NCBI GenBank assembly: GCA_035370665.1
Contig: DAOOVZ010000003.1
Span: forward strand, 1-40,148
Direction: 5' to 3'
Length of the DNA: 40,148 nt
Source of the DNA: Candidatus Hydrogenedens sp.
GTDB lineage: Bacteria > Hydrogenedentota > Hydrogenedentia > Hydrogenedentales > Hydrogenedentaceae
This document shows positions 16,831 through 25,855 of this stretch, in pieces. The notes beneath the pieces are model-generated. The model made no database searches, had not been told where the DNA came from, and saw only the letters and a program-made list of their open reading frames with translations. Every line of letters starts with the position of its first letter. The first letter of the stretch is position 1. Both the position numbers and the translations under genes were made by a program.

Positions 16831-18567
16831 TTAGTTCTTATGCCTAAGGAGACAACCTGCATTTAGACCTTTTTGAAAATTGCCTCCTTTTACTACTCGT
16901 TTTCCATTAATGATAACTTCCTCAATACCGGTTGGAGGCTCGGTAGGGGACTTAAAGCATGCATTAGAACCAATGTTTTCCATATCTATTACAAGCACAT
17001 CTGCAAAATAACCCTCTTTCAACAAACCTCTATTTTGTATTTGGAAATGTTCTGCGGCTAAAGAGGTGCATTTACGAATTGCCGTCTCAAGGTCTACTAA
17101 TTTCATTTTCTTGCAATAACGCTGTAAATATTTTGGGTAACATCCATAAAATAACGGAGAAGGTTTTCCAAGTCCCATTAAGATTGCATCCGTAGAAATC
17201 ATGACTTCAGGATGTGACATAGAAGGAAAAGTTGAACGCTCAGTAAACGAATCGTCAGGCTCTGCCATACTTTCAAAAACAAACACATTACCGTCTTCTT
17301 CGAGAAGCAAATCACAAGCGGCGTCAAAGGGATGGACCTTTCGTTCTCTGGCAATATCTACAAGGTTCATTCCCTCATATCGTTTGTTCTTTTCTGATTT
17401 AACTGTCATTATGGTCACACATTCCCAGCCCATAAGGCGGAATAGGTTCAATGACCATGAATCAGGTCCTGTATGTGGCCATTCCATTTTCCCATATTCA
17501 ATGCTATGCAGAATTTTCTTCCTCGTCTCTTTATCTCTCAGCCGATTTATTACCTGTTCCCGGTCTCCTAACAGAGACCATGGTGGGAAGAAGGCTAAAA
17601 GATGTGTAAAACCTGTGGTGGTTGGCATTACATCAACCCCAATATGGACATCTCTGCTTTTAGGGCTAATAATTCGTTCAATAGCCTGTTCAATCGGTTT
17701 TCCTAATGGAATTGGAATTGTAACCCATTTTGATAAACTTGCCATCATTCTCACAATGGAACGAACAAAAGGACCGAATACACCGAAATCTGGAACCCAA
17801 AACAGATGGGATACCTGTGCACGAATTTGATTTTTTTCTGCAACTGTAATAACCTCATCAATTGCATTATTTAAAGTAGTGCTGCTATAACTTCGTAGAT
17901 GACTTGTAAAAATTCCATTATATTTCTTTAATACCCTTCCAAGTTCTACCAATTCCCTTGTATCTGTTTGATTTCCCGGATAATACTGTAAACCTGTGGA
18001 CATGCCAATTCCACCGGCATCCATACACGCATCTAAATCGCGGACCATCGTTTGAATCTCATCATCAGTTGCATATCGGTTTTCTATCCCTACACCGTGT
18101 AATCGCAATAAACCGTGAGGGATAAGAATTGTCGAATTCAATGGCATTTTTTTTGTCTCAAGGAAATCAAAATATTCAGCAGTAGTTCTCCATTGAAATT
18201 CTTTTTCAGAGTCGAAACTGGAAAAGACGCCAATATATGTCAGAATAGGGTCTTTACGCTCTTCAAAAATAGGTGATAGTCCTACCCCACAATTTCCACC
18301 TACGAATGTAGTAATTCCCTGTTGTATTAATGGTTGCAATAACTCTTCTGCATTTTTTTTATGCAGACTCATATCTGCGTGAGAATGTGGGTCAACAAAA
18401 CCGGGACATACTACCTTAGCATCTGCATTGATTTCTTCTCTGGCTGTGGCTTCTGACAGATTCCCTATTGCTACAATCTTGTCCTGTTCAATTGCGAGGT
18501 CTGCTATATATCCTTTTTGACCACTCCCATCAATAATTTTGCCTCTCCGAATAATAACATCCCACAT
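16831..18567 (-). CDS. N-acyl-D-amino-acid deacylase (D-aminoacylase) family amidohydrolase
   Basis: The N-terminus 'WDVIIRRGKIIDGSGQKGYIADLAIEQDKIVAIGNL...VVCPGFVDPHSHADMSL' matches the D-aminoacylase beta-sandwich plus metal-binding HxH pattern. The 578-aa length fits the family. Confidence 0.75.
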   Translation of the reverse strand: MWDVIIRRGKIIDGSGQKGYIADLAIEQDKIVAIGNLSEATAREEINADAKVVCPGFVDPHSHADMSLHKKNAEELLQPLIQQGITTFVGGNCGVGLSPIFEERKDPILTYIGVFSSFDSEKEFQWRTTAEYFDFLETKKMPLNSTILIPHGLLRLHGVGIENRYATDDEIQTMVRDLDACMDAGGIGMSTGLQYYPGNQTDTRELVELGRVLKKYNGIFTSHLRSYSSTTLNNAIDEVITVAEKNQIRAQVSHLFWVPDFGVFGPFVRSIVRMMASLSKWVTIPIPLGKPIEQAIERIISPKSRDVHIGVDVMPTTTGFTHLLAFFPPWSLLGDREQVINRLRDKETRKKILHSIEYGKMEWPHTGPDSWSLNLFRLMGWECVTIMTVKSEKNKRYEGMNLVDIARERKVHPFDAACDLLLEEDGNVFVFESMAEPDDSFTERSTFPSMSHPEVMISTDAILMGLGKPSPLFYGCYPKYLQRYCKKMKLVDLETAIRKCTSLAAEHFQIQNRGLLKEGYFADVLVIDMENIGSNACFKSPTEPPTGIEEVIINGKRVVKGGNFQKGLNAGCLLRHKN

Positions 18568-18592
18568 ACAGAGTTCCTTTCCTTTACCATTT

Positions 18593-18630
18593 AAAATTCA
18601 CGGGGAAAATTTCTTCTCCCCGTGAATTTT
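18593..18630 (-). terminator. Intrinsic (rho-independent) terminator after the 1288-aa gene
   Basis: Perfect 14-bp inverted repeat AAAATTCACGGGGA (18593-18606) / TCCCCGTGAATTTT (18617-18630) with a 10-nt loop. On the minus-strand transcript the GC-rich core stem is followed by UUUUAAAU. It sits 17 nt downstream of the stop at 18647. Confidence 0.7.
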
Positions 18631-18646
18631 ATGAAACATTTATTTC

Positions 18647-21600
18647 TTATCTACTTGGTGGACCTGCACCAAATCCGTCCTCACCAGTTGGGTCTATATG
18701 ATACCCACCTAAATTGAAGAATTGGATTAATCTTAAAAGTTCTCTAAGTTCAATTTTCCAATCTTGCGAGTTGTAGTCAGAAGCATGTGGTTTACAATTA
18801 TGATTAGGACCTTCACCTACTTCATAACCGTCTTCAGTTGCATTGGGAGTTTCAGCACAATGATAACCCCAGGAATTAAAGAACTGGATTACTCGCAAAA
18901 GTTCTCGTAAGTCTATTTTCCAATTCATATCTCTATCTGCGCTATGCCATAGATATTCTTCGCCTTCGGAAGTCCCTTCTGCACTCCCTTCAATTGTTCC
19001 TTCTCCTTCTCCCTCAATTACTCCTTCTGAAACACCTTCTCCTCCTCCCTCAATTACTCCTTCTGAAACACCTTCTCCTTCTGCCAAAACGACTGTTACG
19101 GTTACAGGGTAAATAAGTGAATCCGACACACCTGAAAATGATACTAAAGCAAGGTGTTCTCCTGGACTTACTCCATCAGCACAGAATTTTATAACCACAT
19201 TCTGGCTTTGCCCTGGATTTAAATTGTAATTAGCACCAGAAATTATCTGGAAGGCTTCGGGAGGCACATTGGGTGCACTTATTACTGCATTTCCTATAAG
19301 AGCCTCTGTACTCAACTGGGAATTTGTAAGTGTAAATGTTCCTTCTTTACAATCGGCGGTAGAAACTTCACCCAATTCAAGCACATACGGCTGAATAATA
19401 GGAATCACAGAAGGTTGTTCACCTTCTGAGGAACCTTCTGGTTGAACTGGCACAAACATTGCTTTCAAAGTTGTATTTTGAGTAATACTAAACAATATGG
19501 GGTTTGACAAACCTGCAAATTGCCCATTTATTACCCAACCTTGCCATATATCCTTTGAAAAATCATAACTAACTTGTGCACTAATATTTGTTCCTTGATA
19601 ATAGTAGCCCGGGTTTAATCCTTCACTGCTTGTAGGAGATACTTGAACGGAAACGGGCGCTGTGTTGCCCTCTGTCATAATAGACAACTGATACATAGGC
19701 AAAATCTCACCTTCATTTGTCTCACTAAAACATGGTGCACCACAACCACCACCATTGCTCTTTGCGGTTGGGTCTATTGCAGACAGAACAAAGGTTATAA
19801 TACTACTGTTTGTTCCGTCAAAGGTCGCATTATACTCTGCCAGATTACATACCCTATCTCCATCTGCATCACCATACACACCTAAATACTGACTTGCTGA
19901 AGTGTCTATTTGACTATTAGAGAATGAAATCCCAATTTGAGAAGCCATTTGCCTTAATAAACTTATTGTTGTGCTGTCTCCCAGAGTGGCTATACCTGCA
20001 AAAAGCGATTTTAATTGTGCTGCAGTAATCTGAGATAAGATGGATTGTGAAATTAAACCCTGAGTCACAGCAGAATCAATAATATTTGTAAACAGAGTAT
20101 AGTTGCTTTGCCATGCAGACAATACACAACAACGATTCTGGACACCGGGATTGCCCAAAATAATATCTAATAATTGTAATTGAGCAGCCTCAACCATCTG
20201 GTTCATATCCAAATCTGCTGAAACAGAGTCAATTCCTTTCATTACACAATAAGTTTCCCATGAATTACGAGCATTTCCTTGCACGCTCGTAGTCCCACAC
20301 GAAACGATTTCACAGTGCTGTGGACAGCCGGGAATTTCGCCTTCTGTTACACCTTCAACTGTGCCTTCTACTGTTCCTTCAGGGATACCTTCACCTTCAA
20401 CACTACCCTCAGGAATTCCTTCAATAACGCCTTCTGGTTCAATACATAGAGCATAACGCGTTACATCACTCTCCTTGAAATTAGTAGGGACACCATTTCC
20501 TGCTGATATACCGACTAAACCATCGAAGGCTTCTATATTCAACCAGGATATAGCAATTCGACCGTCAAAGAACATCTCTATCTGAAAACTTGCCGTATCG
20601 CCTGTAAAATTCCCATCTACACGAACCTCGTTATAGGTAACGACAAACCTATCACTCAATTGTTTCCACCAGATTTGACCGCCATCATTAGGTTTTAAAT
20701 TGTCAAACATCCCTGAAACGCGTGGAATTCTAAAGTGCGTTTCAGTGGATTCTCCATTTGTTGTGTCACCCTCTGTGAAAGTTAGATACCCATTACTACC
20801 GATAAATACTCGGTCATAAGCCACACCATATAAAACTACCTGTTTACCATCGGCTAATGGAACTTCTACATAAGCATCGTCACCTAAATTGACTGTCGTA
20901 GAAAGCAGAGAATCTACTGGATAATCGGAAATCTGGCTTGTACAGGCAATATACTTATTAGCATTATTTGTAGGAGTCAATAACAAACGATGGTAATCTA
21001 AATCATTATCCGTTCCGAAATCTTCTGTAAACCAATCCGTTGCTGGTTGAGTAGGTGGTTCTGAAGTAAAGTTTGCTTCATAACTACTAAATGCCAGGTC
21101 AAGAGGCCCATTATAGGGAGCCCACGGTATTGTTAATATGGGTAAAGAATAATTAAGTCCAAAAATTTTTATAAATACAGTAGGATAAAAATTCACAGAT
21201 AGAACCAGATTACAAATTTCATTGTAATTCATTATAGTCCGATAGCCATTTTCTCCTACTTCTACTGGCACAGATTGTCCTTCTGTCCAGAACAATAATC
21301 CCTCCTGCAAACTGATGGTATCACATTCTAAAGAGCCATCTGTGGTTGTAGAAGCATCTATTCCTGCACCAGCAGAAAAAGGTATCCAACTCAACCATGA
21401 TGGCAAAGTTACCCCTATCAGTCCTAATATTGTATCAACTAAATCTACATTAAATAAATTTGTTTTGGGAGTCGCATCTTGAAGAACAGATGTGGATTCA
21501 AGTAAGAAACTATTGAAATAATCATATTTACTCGCCCTGAGATTTACATCAGGCACATAGGGAATATCTACTACAAATGGGTCTATAATTCCTAAATCAA

Positions 21601-22513
21601 AGCCTGCCTTCATTAACAATTCTGCACCAAAATCATAACCCCAAAAACCACTGGCATTTCCCGCAGTAAGCCAGGGTGGACTAAGATGGAAAAACCCTTG
21701 AATATCGGCTTGATAGTTAGATACTGCTGCGGCACGAATTCGCACTTGCACCGGAAAACCGCCGGGTTGTTCTTCAAAACCACCTTCTCCCTTACCATTA
21801 GGCCACCAACCTGAATCAAAACTTAAGTTCAAACCTGTCAACGGTGCTGTAAATTGAACAGGCTGAGTTTCAACGGCTTTGCCCAAATCTCCCTTAACAT
21901 CTACCTTTATAACTTCTTCAACTCCACCTTTCACTACATACTCCGTATTTAAATTTGATTTAGCACCAGAATAAGGTTCAAACACTTGAACAATTACCCC
22001 TTGTTGTCCATCTCTCTGGTAATCACAACGAATAAAAGTAGGACGCACCCCATTTGCAGAATAGACTTCTTCCCGTTTCTCAGTATATAAAAGTTTATCT
22101 TTTACATAGCAATTTGTTTTACAAATACCTTGATTTCCTTTGGGTTGAAAAACAGTCCATTCCATAGTAGCCGTGTCCATTTGAACACGAAAAACTTTGC
22201 TACCATCTTTGGTTTCCATTTTTTCGGCTTCATTTGCAAATTTTTCTAAGAGTGCACGATTCAATGAAGTAAAACCGGGATAACCAACTTTAGGTTTTCC
22301 AAATTGAACTATACTGCGTCGAAGAATTCCATCTTCGCCAAATTCAATATACTCTAATGAGCCTTGCTCTTTAGCAAGGGATACCAACTCTGAATCGGAT
22401 GGGACGGAACTCCCTTCCCAACGGGCTGAATATACCCAATACGAGTCTCCATACGCAAATAACGGGGAAACAAAAAGCAACAAGAGTAAAATCATAAAAT
22501 TTTTGTGTTTCAT
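18647..22513 (-). CDS. Giant secreted multidomain surface/adhesin-like protein (NIDO-like domain, EF-hand/TSP3-like Ca site, InlB-B-repeat-like and Ig/ASH-like domains, twin C-terminal dockerin-like module)
   Basis: Signal peptide 'MKHKNFMILLLLLFVSPLFAYG' and a strong AAGGAGGA SD. NIDO-like 'YDRVFIGSNGYLTF...FQIEMFFDGRIAISW'. 'GDADGDRVCNLAEYN' Ca-loop. Glu/Gly/Val linkers ('EGIPEGSVEGEGIPEGTVEGTVEG', 'EGEGVSEGVIEGGGEGVSEGVIEGEGEG'). C-terminal duplicated 'WKI(D/E)LRELLR(V/L)IQFFN..GYH'. Confidence 0.8.
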   Translation of the reverse strand: MKHKNFMILLLLLFVSPLFAYGDSYWVYSARWEGSSVPSDSELVSLAKEQGSLEYIEFGEDGILRRSIVQFGKPKVGYPGFTSLNRALLEKFANEAEKMETKDGSKVFRVQMDTATMEWTVFQPKGNQGICKTNCYVKDKLLYTEKREEVYSANGVRPTFIRCDYQRDGQQGVIVQVFEPYSGAKSNLNTEYVVKGGVEEVIKVDVKGDLGKAVETQPVQFTAPLTGLNLSFDSGWWPNGKGEGGFEEQPGGFPVQVRIRAAAVSNYQADIQGFFHLSPPWLTAGNASGFWGYDFGAELLMKAGFDLGIIDPFVVDIPYVPDVNLRASKYDYFNSFLLESTSVLQDATPKTNLFNVDLVDTILGLIGVTLPSWLSWIPFSAGAGIDASTTTDGSLECDTISLQEGLLFWTEGQSVPVEVGENGYRTIMNYNEICNLVLSVNFYPTVFIKIFGLNYSLPILTIPWAPYNGPLDLAFSSYEANFTSEPPTQPATDWFTEDFGTDNDLDYHRLLLTPTNNANKYIACTSQISDYPVDSLLSTTVNLGDDAYVEVPLADGKQVVLYGVAYDRVFIGSNGYLTFTEGDTTNGESTETHFRIPRVSGMFDNLKPNDGGQIWWKQLSDRFVVTYNEVRVDGNFTGDTASFQIEMFFDGRIAISWLNIEAFDGLVGISAGNGVPTNFKESDVTRYALCIEPEGVIEGIPEGSVEGEGIPEGTVEGTVEGVTEGEIPGCPQHCEIVSCGTTSVQGNARNSWETYCVMKGIDSVSADLDMNQMVEAAQLQLLDIILGNPGVQNRCCVLSAWQSNYTLFTNIIDSAVTQGLISQSILSQITAAQLKSLFAGIATLGDSTTISLLRQMASQIGISFSNSQIDTSASQYLGVYGDADGDRVCNLAEYNATFDGTNSSIITFVLSAIDPTAKSNGGGCGAPCFSETNEGEILPMYQLSIMTEGNTAPVSVQVSPTSSEGLNPGYYYQGTNISAQVSYDFSKDIWQGWVINGQFAGLSNPILFSITQNTTLKAMFVPVQPEGSSEGEQPSVIPIIQPYVLELGEVSTADCKEGTFTLTNSQLSTEALIGNAVISAPNVPPEAFQIISGANYNLNPGQSQNVVIKFCADGVSPGEHLALVSFSGVSDSLIYPVTVTVVLAEGEGVSEGVIEGGGEGVSEGVIEGEGEGTIEGSAEGTSEGEEYLWHSADRDMNWKIDLRELLRVIQFFNSWGYHCAETPNATEDGYEVGEGPNHNCKPHASDYNSQDWKIELRELLRLIQFFNLGGYHIDPTGEDGFGAGPPSR
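19011..19082 (-). repeat. In-frame 36-nt tandem duplication (35/36 identical) inside the Glu/Gly-rich linker of the giant protein
   Basis: CCCTCAATTACTCCTTCTGAAACACCTTCTCCTCCT (19011-19046) versus ...CCTTCT (19047-19082). Encodes the 12-aa unit EG(G/E)GEGVSEGVI repeated. Confidence 0.85.
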
Positions 22514-22732
22514 TAGTGGTCCTCCTTTGAAGCCAATATAAAGTTATTCGTTATTTTTTTATTTTATTATAACTAAAAGCAAAATCTATAAATTCTATAA
22601 AAATATAGCACTTTTATAATATTACCATGAATTTGAATAAATTGCAAGTTTTTTTAAATAGAATTTTAAATTTAAAAAAATACTAAAATGATATTCGGTT
22701 ATTTTTTGTCTCAAAGATATTAATATAAACTG

Positions 22733-24682
22733 TTAGCCTTTTAATTTTTGTTCGGATAGACTGAAATATACGCCTAAAATAACTATCAGAGTTTCTATAA
22801 TCCAAAAAATGAGAAGGGAATTCCATGCACCACGGGTAAATCCGTAACTATGCAGTCCGACACCCAACAGGTTTACTCCCCACCATGAGAAGGAAACGAC
22901 AATACCTAGTATGACAGAGCCCCACGCACGACCTGCTGGTCCTAACATTCTGCCGAGATTCGCATGAATAACGATGAGACACCACAGCACAATTAGTAAT
23001 GCTCCATTCTCTTTCGGGTCCCAACCCCAAAAGCGTCCCCAACTCTGCAATGCCCAAATTCCGCCTAAAACAGTCCCGACTAAAGAGAAAAAGAAACAAA
23101 AGCAGATAATTCCATAAATACCTTGGGATAAGCGATTATAAAATTCTACATCGTTCCCCTTTACTTTTAATAACCTTCCTAAAATCCAGATATGCCCAAA
23201 GGCACTTGCTAATAGTCCTGCACCGTAGCCAATGACAATAGTTGTGACATGAGCCGTTAACCAGAAGTTTGTATCCAGCACTGCTACCAGGCTGGGCATG
23301 GTATCTGTGCCTTCTACCATTTCATAACGATTAGCAATGAATAAACCTAATAATCCTAAAAAACTTGCTAAACTTAATGAAATGCCGTCCTTTCTAAGCC
23401 ATTCCATAATGAACGCTAAAATGACAGCAACTGCTGTTGAGAATAATATTGTTTCATATAAGGTGGTTACAGGGGGACGCCCTCGAATAATACAACGCAA
23501 GGTTATTGCCATAATAAGCAATAACAAGGCAATAGTATTAACCGAGATTACACTTAATTTTAAATATTTATTATCAATAGAAAGCCACCATATTGCCGTA
23601 ATAACCACAGCGAGGAAAAATATCCACTGGCTATAAAATAGAAATTTACCTTTGTAGTAAAGGACCTCTATCGGTATCTTTTTATATTCTCCGCGTGTTT
23701 CTGCCTTTTGAATAATATTGTTCGCCAATTGTAAAAATGTTTTTTGAAATTGTTCTCTGTTATCTCGTTCTTGCACAAGTTGGTTAAAGAGGAAGAATAT
23801 ACTCATATCTGGGACTGTATCGGTTGATGGGTCAAAGACAGGGATTATGCTATCTATTGGGGACATCCATTTGTCCTGTGCAGTATCTGATGGAGGCAGC
23901 ACAGTGAAATGTTCTGAGGCATGAACTAATTCGTTTACCTCTCCCAAAAGGTTTCGTATTGTTTCCAGTTCTTTTCTTACCTGCTCCTTATCCATTGTTT
24001 GAGAAATTTCTCTTAGTTTCTTCTTAATATCCGGAAACTGTTTTACAATCTCCACCAATGAAACATTATTTTTATCTGGGAAAAACTCTGATAGCATTGA
24101 ATCTCTAGGGATAGAGAATTCAAAGCGTGTAAAGTCCAGGAAACCAAGCAACTCTTCAAAAACTAAAATATTATCTGCGAGGTAAAGTGTCTGCTCATGA
24201 ATTCTTGTCCTTTGTGCAGGTGTTATTTGAGAATATTTCTGTGCTTCGTCCATTAATTTATTACGAGCCACTACCAATTCATTATAAGCATAGCGGTCTC
24301 GTTTTTTACCGTGCCCTTCTATGCCGAGGTTTTCTAAAACTGTTTCATCTTGAATAATAAAAACGGGATATTTCTTTGCGGCTTCTGGATAAAAGAGGCA
24401 GTCTAAAAACCATTCTGTTGATGACAATGTTTTTCCATCAAGTCTTTTAATAGAGGTTTTGCCACTCAATCTTAAAAGTAGAAATCGCGAATAGGTGCTT
24501 AATGGTTTTACACGACCGTCTGATTGAATAGGAAGTTTTTCTGCATACGCGATAATCTCCTTTCCCCAGAGTGGAGGTAGTTCATTAATCTGATGTGTTG
24601 TATTTGAAACTATCTCACTGGTATTAGGCAGTGTCAATTGCATTGCAATCAAGATTGTATTTATAAACAGAGACAATATCAT
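22733..24682 (-). CDS. ccsA: Cytochrome c biogenesis protein CcsA/ResC (system II heme handling), long form with N-terminal extracytoplasmic extension
   Basis: Trp-rich heme-handling signature 'WGRFWGWDPKENGALLIVLW'. Multiple C-terminal TM helices. 4-nt ATGA overlap with the upstream resB-like gene. Confidence 0.88.
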   Translation of the reverse strand: MILSLFINTILIAMQLTLPNTSEIVSNTTHQINELPPLWGKEIIAYAEKLPIQSDGRVKPLSTYSRFLLLRLSGKTSIKRLDGKTLSSTEWFLDCLFYPEAAKKYPVFIIQDETVLENLGIEGHGKKRDRYAYNELVVARNKLMDEAQKYSQITPAQRTRIHEQTLYLADNILVFEELLGFLDFTRFEFSIPRDSMLSEFFPDKNNVSLVEIVKQFPDIKKKLREISQTMDKEQVRKELETIRNLLGEVNELVHASEHFTVLPPSDTAQDKWMSPIDSIIPVFDPSTDTVPDMSIFFLFNQLVQERDNREQFQKTFLQLANNIIQKAETRGEYKKIPIEVLYYKGKFLFYSQWIFFLAVVITAIWWLSIDNKYLKLSVISVNTIALLLLIMAITLRCIIRGRPPVTTLYETILFSTAVAVILAFIMEWLRKDGISLSLASFLGLLGLFIANRYEMVEGTDTMPSLVAVLDTNFWLTAHVTTIVIGYGAGLLASAFGHIWILGRLLKVKGNDVEFYNRLSQGIYGIICFCFFFSLVGTVLGGIWALQSWGRFWGWDPKENGALLIVLWCLIVIHANLGRMLGPAGRAWGSVILGIVVSFSWWGVNLLGVGLHSYGFTRGAWNSLLIFWIIETLIVILGVYFSLSEQKLKG

Positions 24683-25836
24683 TTAATTTCTCCTGCTTCT
24701 CTTTTATGCTTCAAATATCTGTTCAACTTTTGAGCGAAATGAATTAACAATCCTAATGAAATAATCACACAAGAGTATAAGGGTATTTGTTCGGCAGGAT
24801 TGCTTGTTACGGCTAAAGTTGAGAAAACAGGTGAAGATTGGACTCCTGTGGCTGTCCCCCATGATGCCTGATATATAGTAAAACCTTTGTATCGTAAAGG
24901 CTCGTTCATCCGTATCACGATGCGTTGTTCCCAGTCTCCTGTGAAATATACTACCTCACTCGCAAAGAAACGAGGTTTGTTAGTGCCCGGATAAAATTCT
25001 TTAATAAATTTCTCTAACTTAATAGTAAATGGTAATTCTATCCTACGATGTCTAATACCCGTTGCATATAATTCTTTACCTATCTCAAAGACCCAGGGCT
25101 GAACTTCACCTCCCCAAAGAATGCCAAGATGATGTTGTTCATTTGCAGCAACTTCTACATATATCCCGGCAAGGTTTAACTCTTCATCTTTTTCTAATTC
25201 TACTGCTTCCAACAGAACCCCTTGAATCCCCTGTTCCACACCGGGGATAGCCAATCGAGGCATAGCATTTTTCATAAAACGCATAAGCGTTATCTCAAAG
25301 GGAAGTTCTTGAGAATAGAAGGTTCGTCTCATTGCACCGCGGAGATGGGCAAAATCTTTCTGAGGAATTATCCATTCCATAGTAGGTGTATTATTTTCTT
25401 TTGCTAACTTCCAGATATAAATTTCCCAATTTTTAGTATCTTCAAACTCCTTTTTTGATTCTCCTTCAAAAAGTGAGATTTGTCCATAGTCTCCCCATAA
25501 TTTGCCCCAGAATCCACCAAGAATAAGCAAAATAACACCTAAGTGTGCGATAAGCATGCCCGGTCTCTTAATGCTTTTTGGTGCCAGCAAAACACCCCCA
25601 ATAAACAGGTTAATTAGTAAGCATACCATTAAAAGTCCACCACCGGGTAAAGGTAATGGAATTTTATTGGCTATCCAATGAACTACAAACACTGATTCAA
25701 AATATCGCTTTTGTATTTCATAGATTCCGTGTTCTGTCTGTGCTAATGTTCCAAAAAACACAATAGCCATAAGAAAAAAGAGTAAGACTACGGAAAGTTT
25801 ATAGGAACCTAAAAAACGAAGCACTTTTTTCATCAT
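24679..25836 (-). CDS. ccsB: Cytochrome c biogenesis protein CcsB/ResB (Ccs1)
   Basis: ResB-type N-terminus 'LRFLGSYKLSVVLLFFLMAIVFFGTLAQ'. Large soluble loop, then a C-terminal TM helix. Translationally coupled to ccsA. Confidence 0.85.
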   Translation of the reverse strand: MMKKVLRFLGSYKLSVVLLFFLMAIVFFGTLAQTEHGIYEIQKRYFESVFVVHWIANKIPLPLPGGGLLMVCLLINLFIGGVLLAPKSIKRPGMLIAHLGVILLILGGFWGKLWGDYGQISLFEGESKKEFEDTKNWEIYIWKLAKENNTPTMEWIIPQKDFAHLRGAMRRTFYSQELPFEITLMRFMKNAMPRLAIPGVEQGIQGVLLEAVELEKDEELNLAGIYVEVAANEQHHLGILWGGEVQPWVFEIGKELYATGIRHRRIELPFTIKLEKFIKEFYPGTNKPRFFASEVVYFTGDWEQRIVIRMNEPLRYKGFTIYQASWGTATGVQSSPVFSTLAVTSNPAEQIPLYSCVIISLGLLIHFAQKLNRYLKHKREAGEIK

Positions 25837-25855
25837 TATTCTTCCATCATGTTGT

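Noticed and set aside
17201-17830. 209-aa plus-strand ORF
   Set aside because: It is antisense to the D-aminoacylase-family gene, which has strong family motifs. It is Ser/Arg-rich and has no SD. The same reasoning applies to the other track ORFs nested antisense in large genes: 3193-3426, 5234-5488, 6105-6589, 11406-11741, 12251-12601, 12963-13166, 16091-16530, 19643-19885, 23337-23636, 25062-25407, 27305-27520, 30612-30890, 32078-32359, 32527-32754, 32921-33190, 33581-34464, 34616-34915, 36698-36898, 37292-37525, 37721-38119, 38830-39093 and 39737-39949.
22514-22732. Extremely AT-rich 219-bp region upstream of the giant protein gene as a structured element or repeat
   Set aside because: Only simple TATAAA/ATTTTA low-complexity sequence is visible. 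I could not define a convincing -35/-10 pair, palindrome or repeat unit, so it is probably just an AT-rich promoter/UP region.
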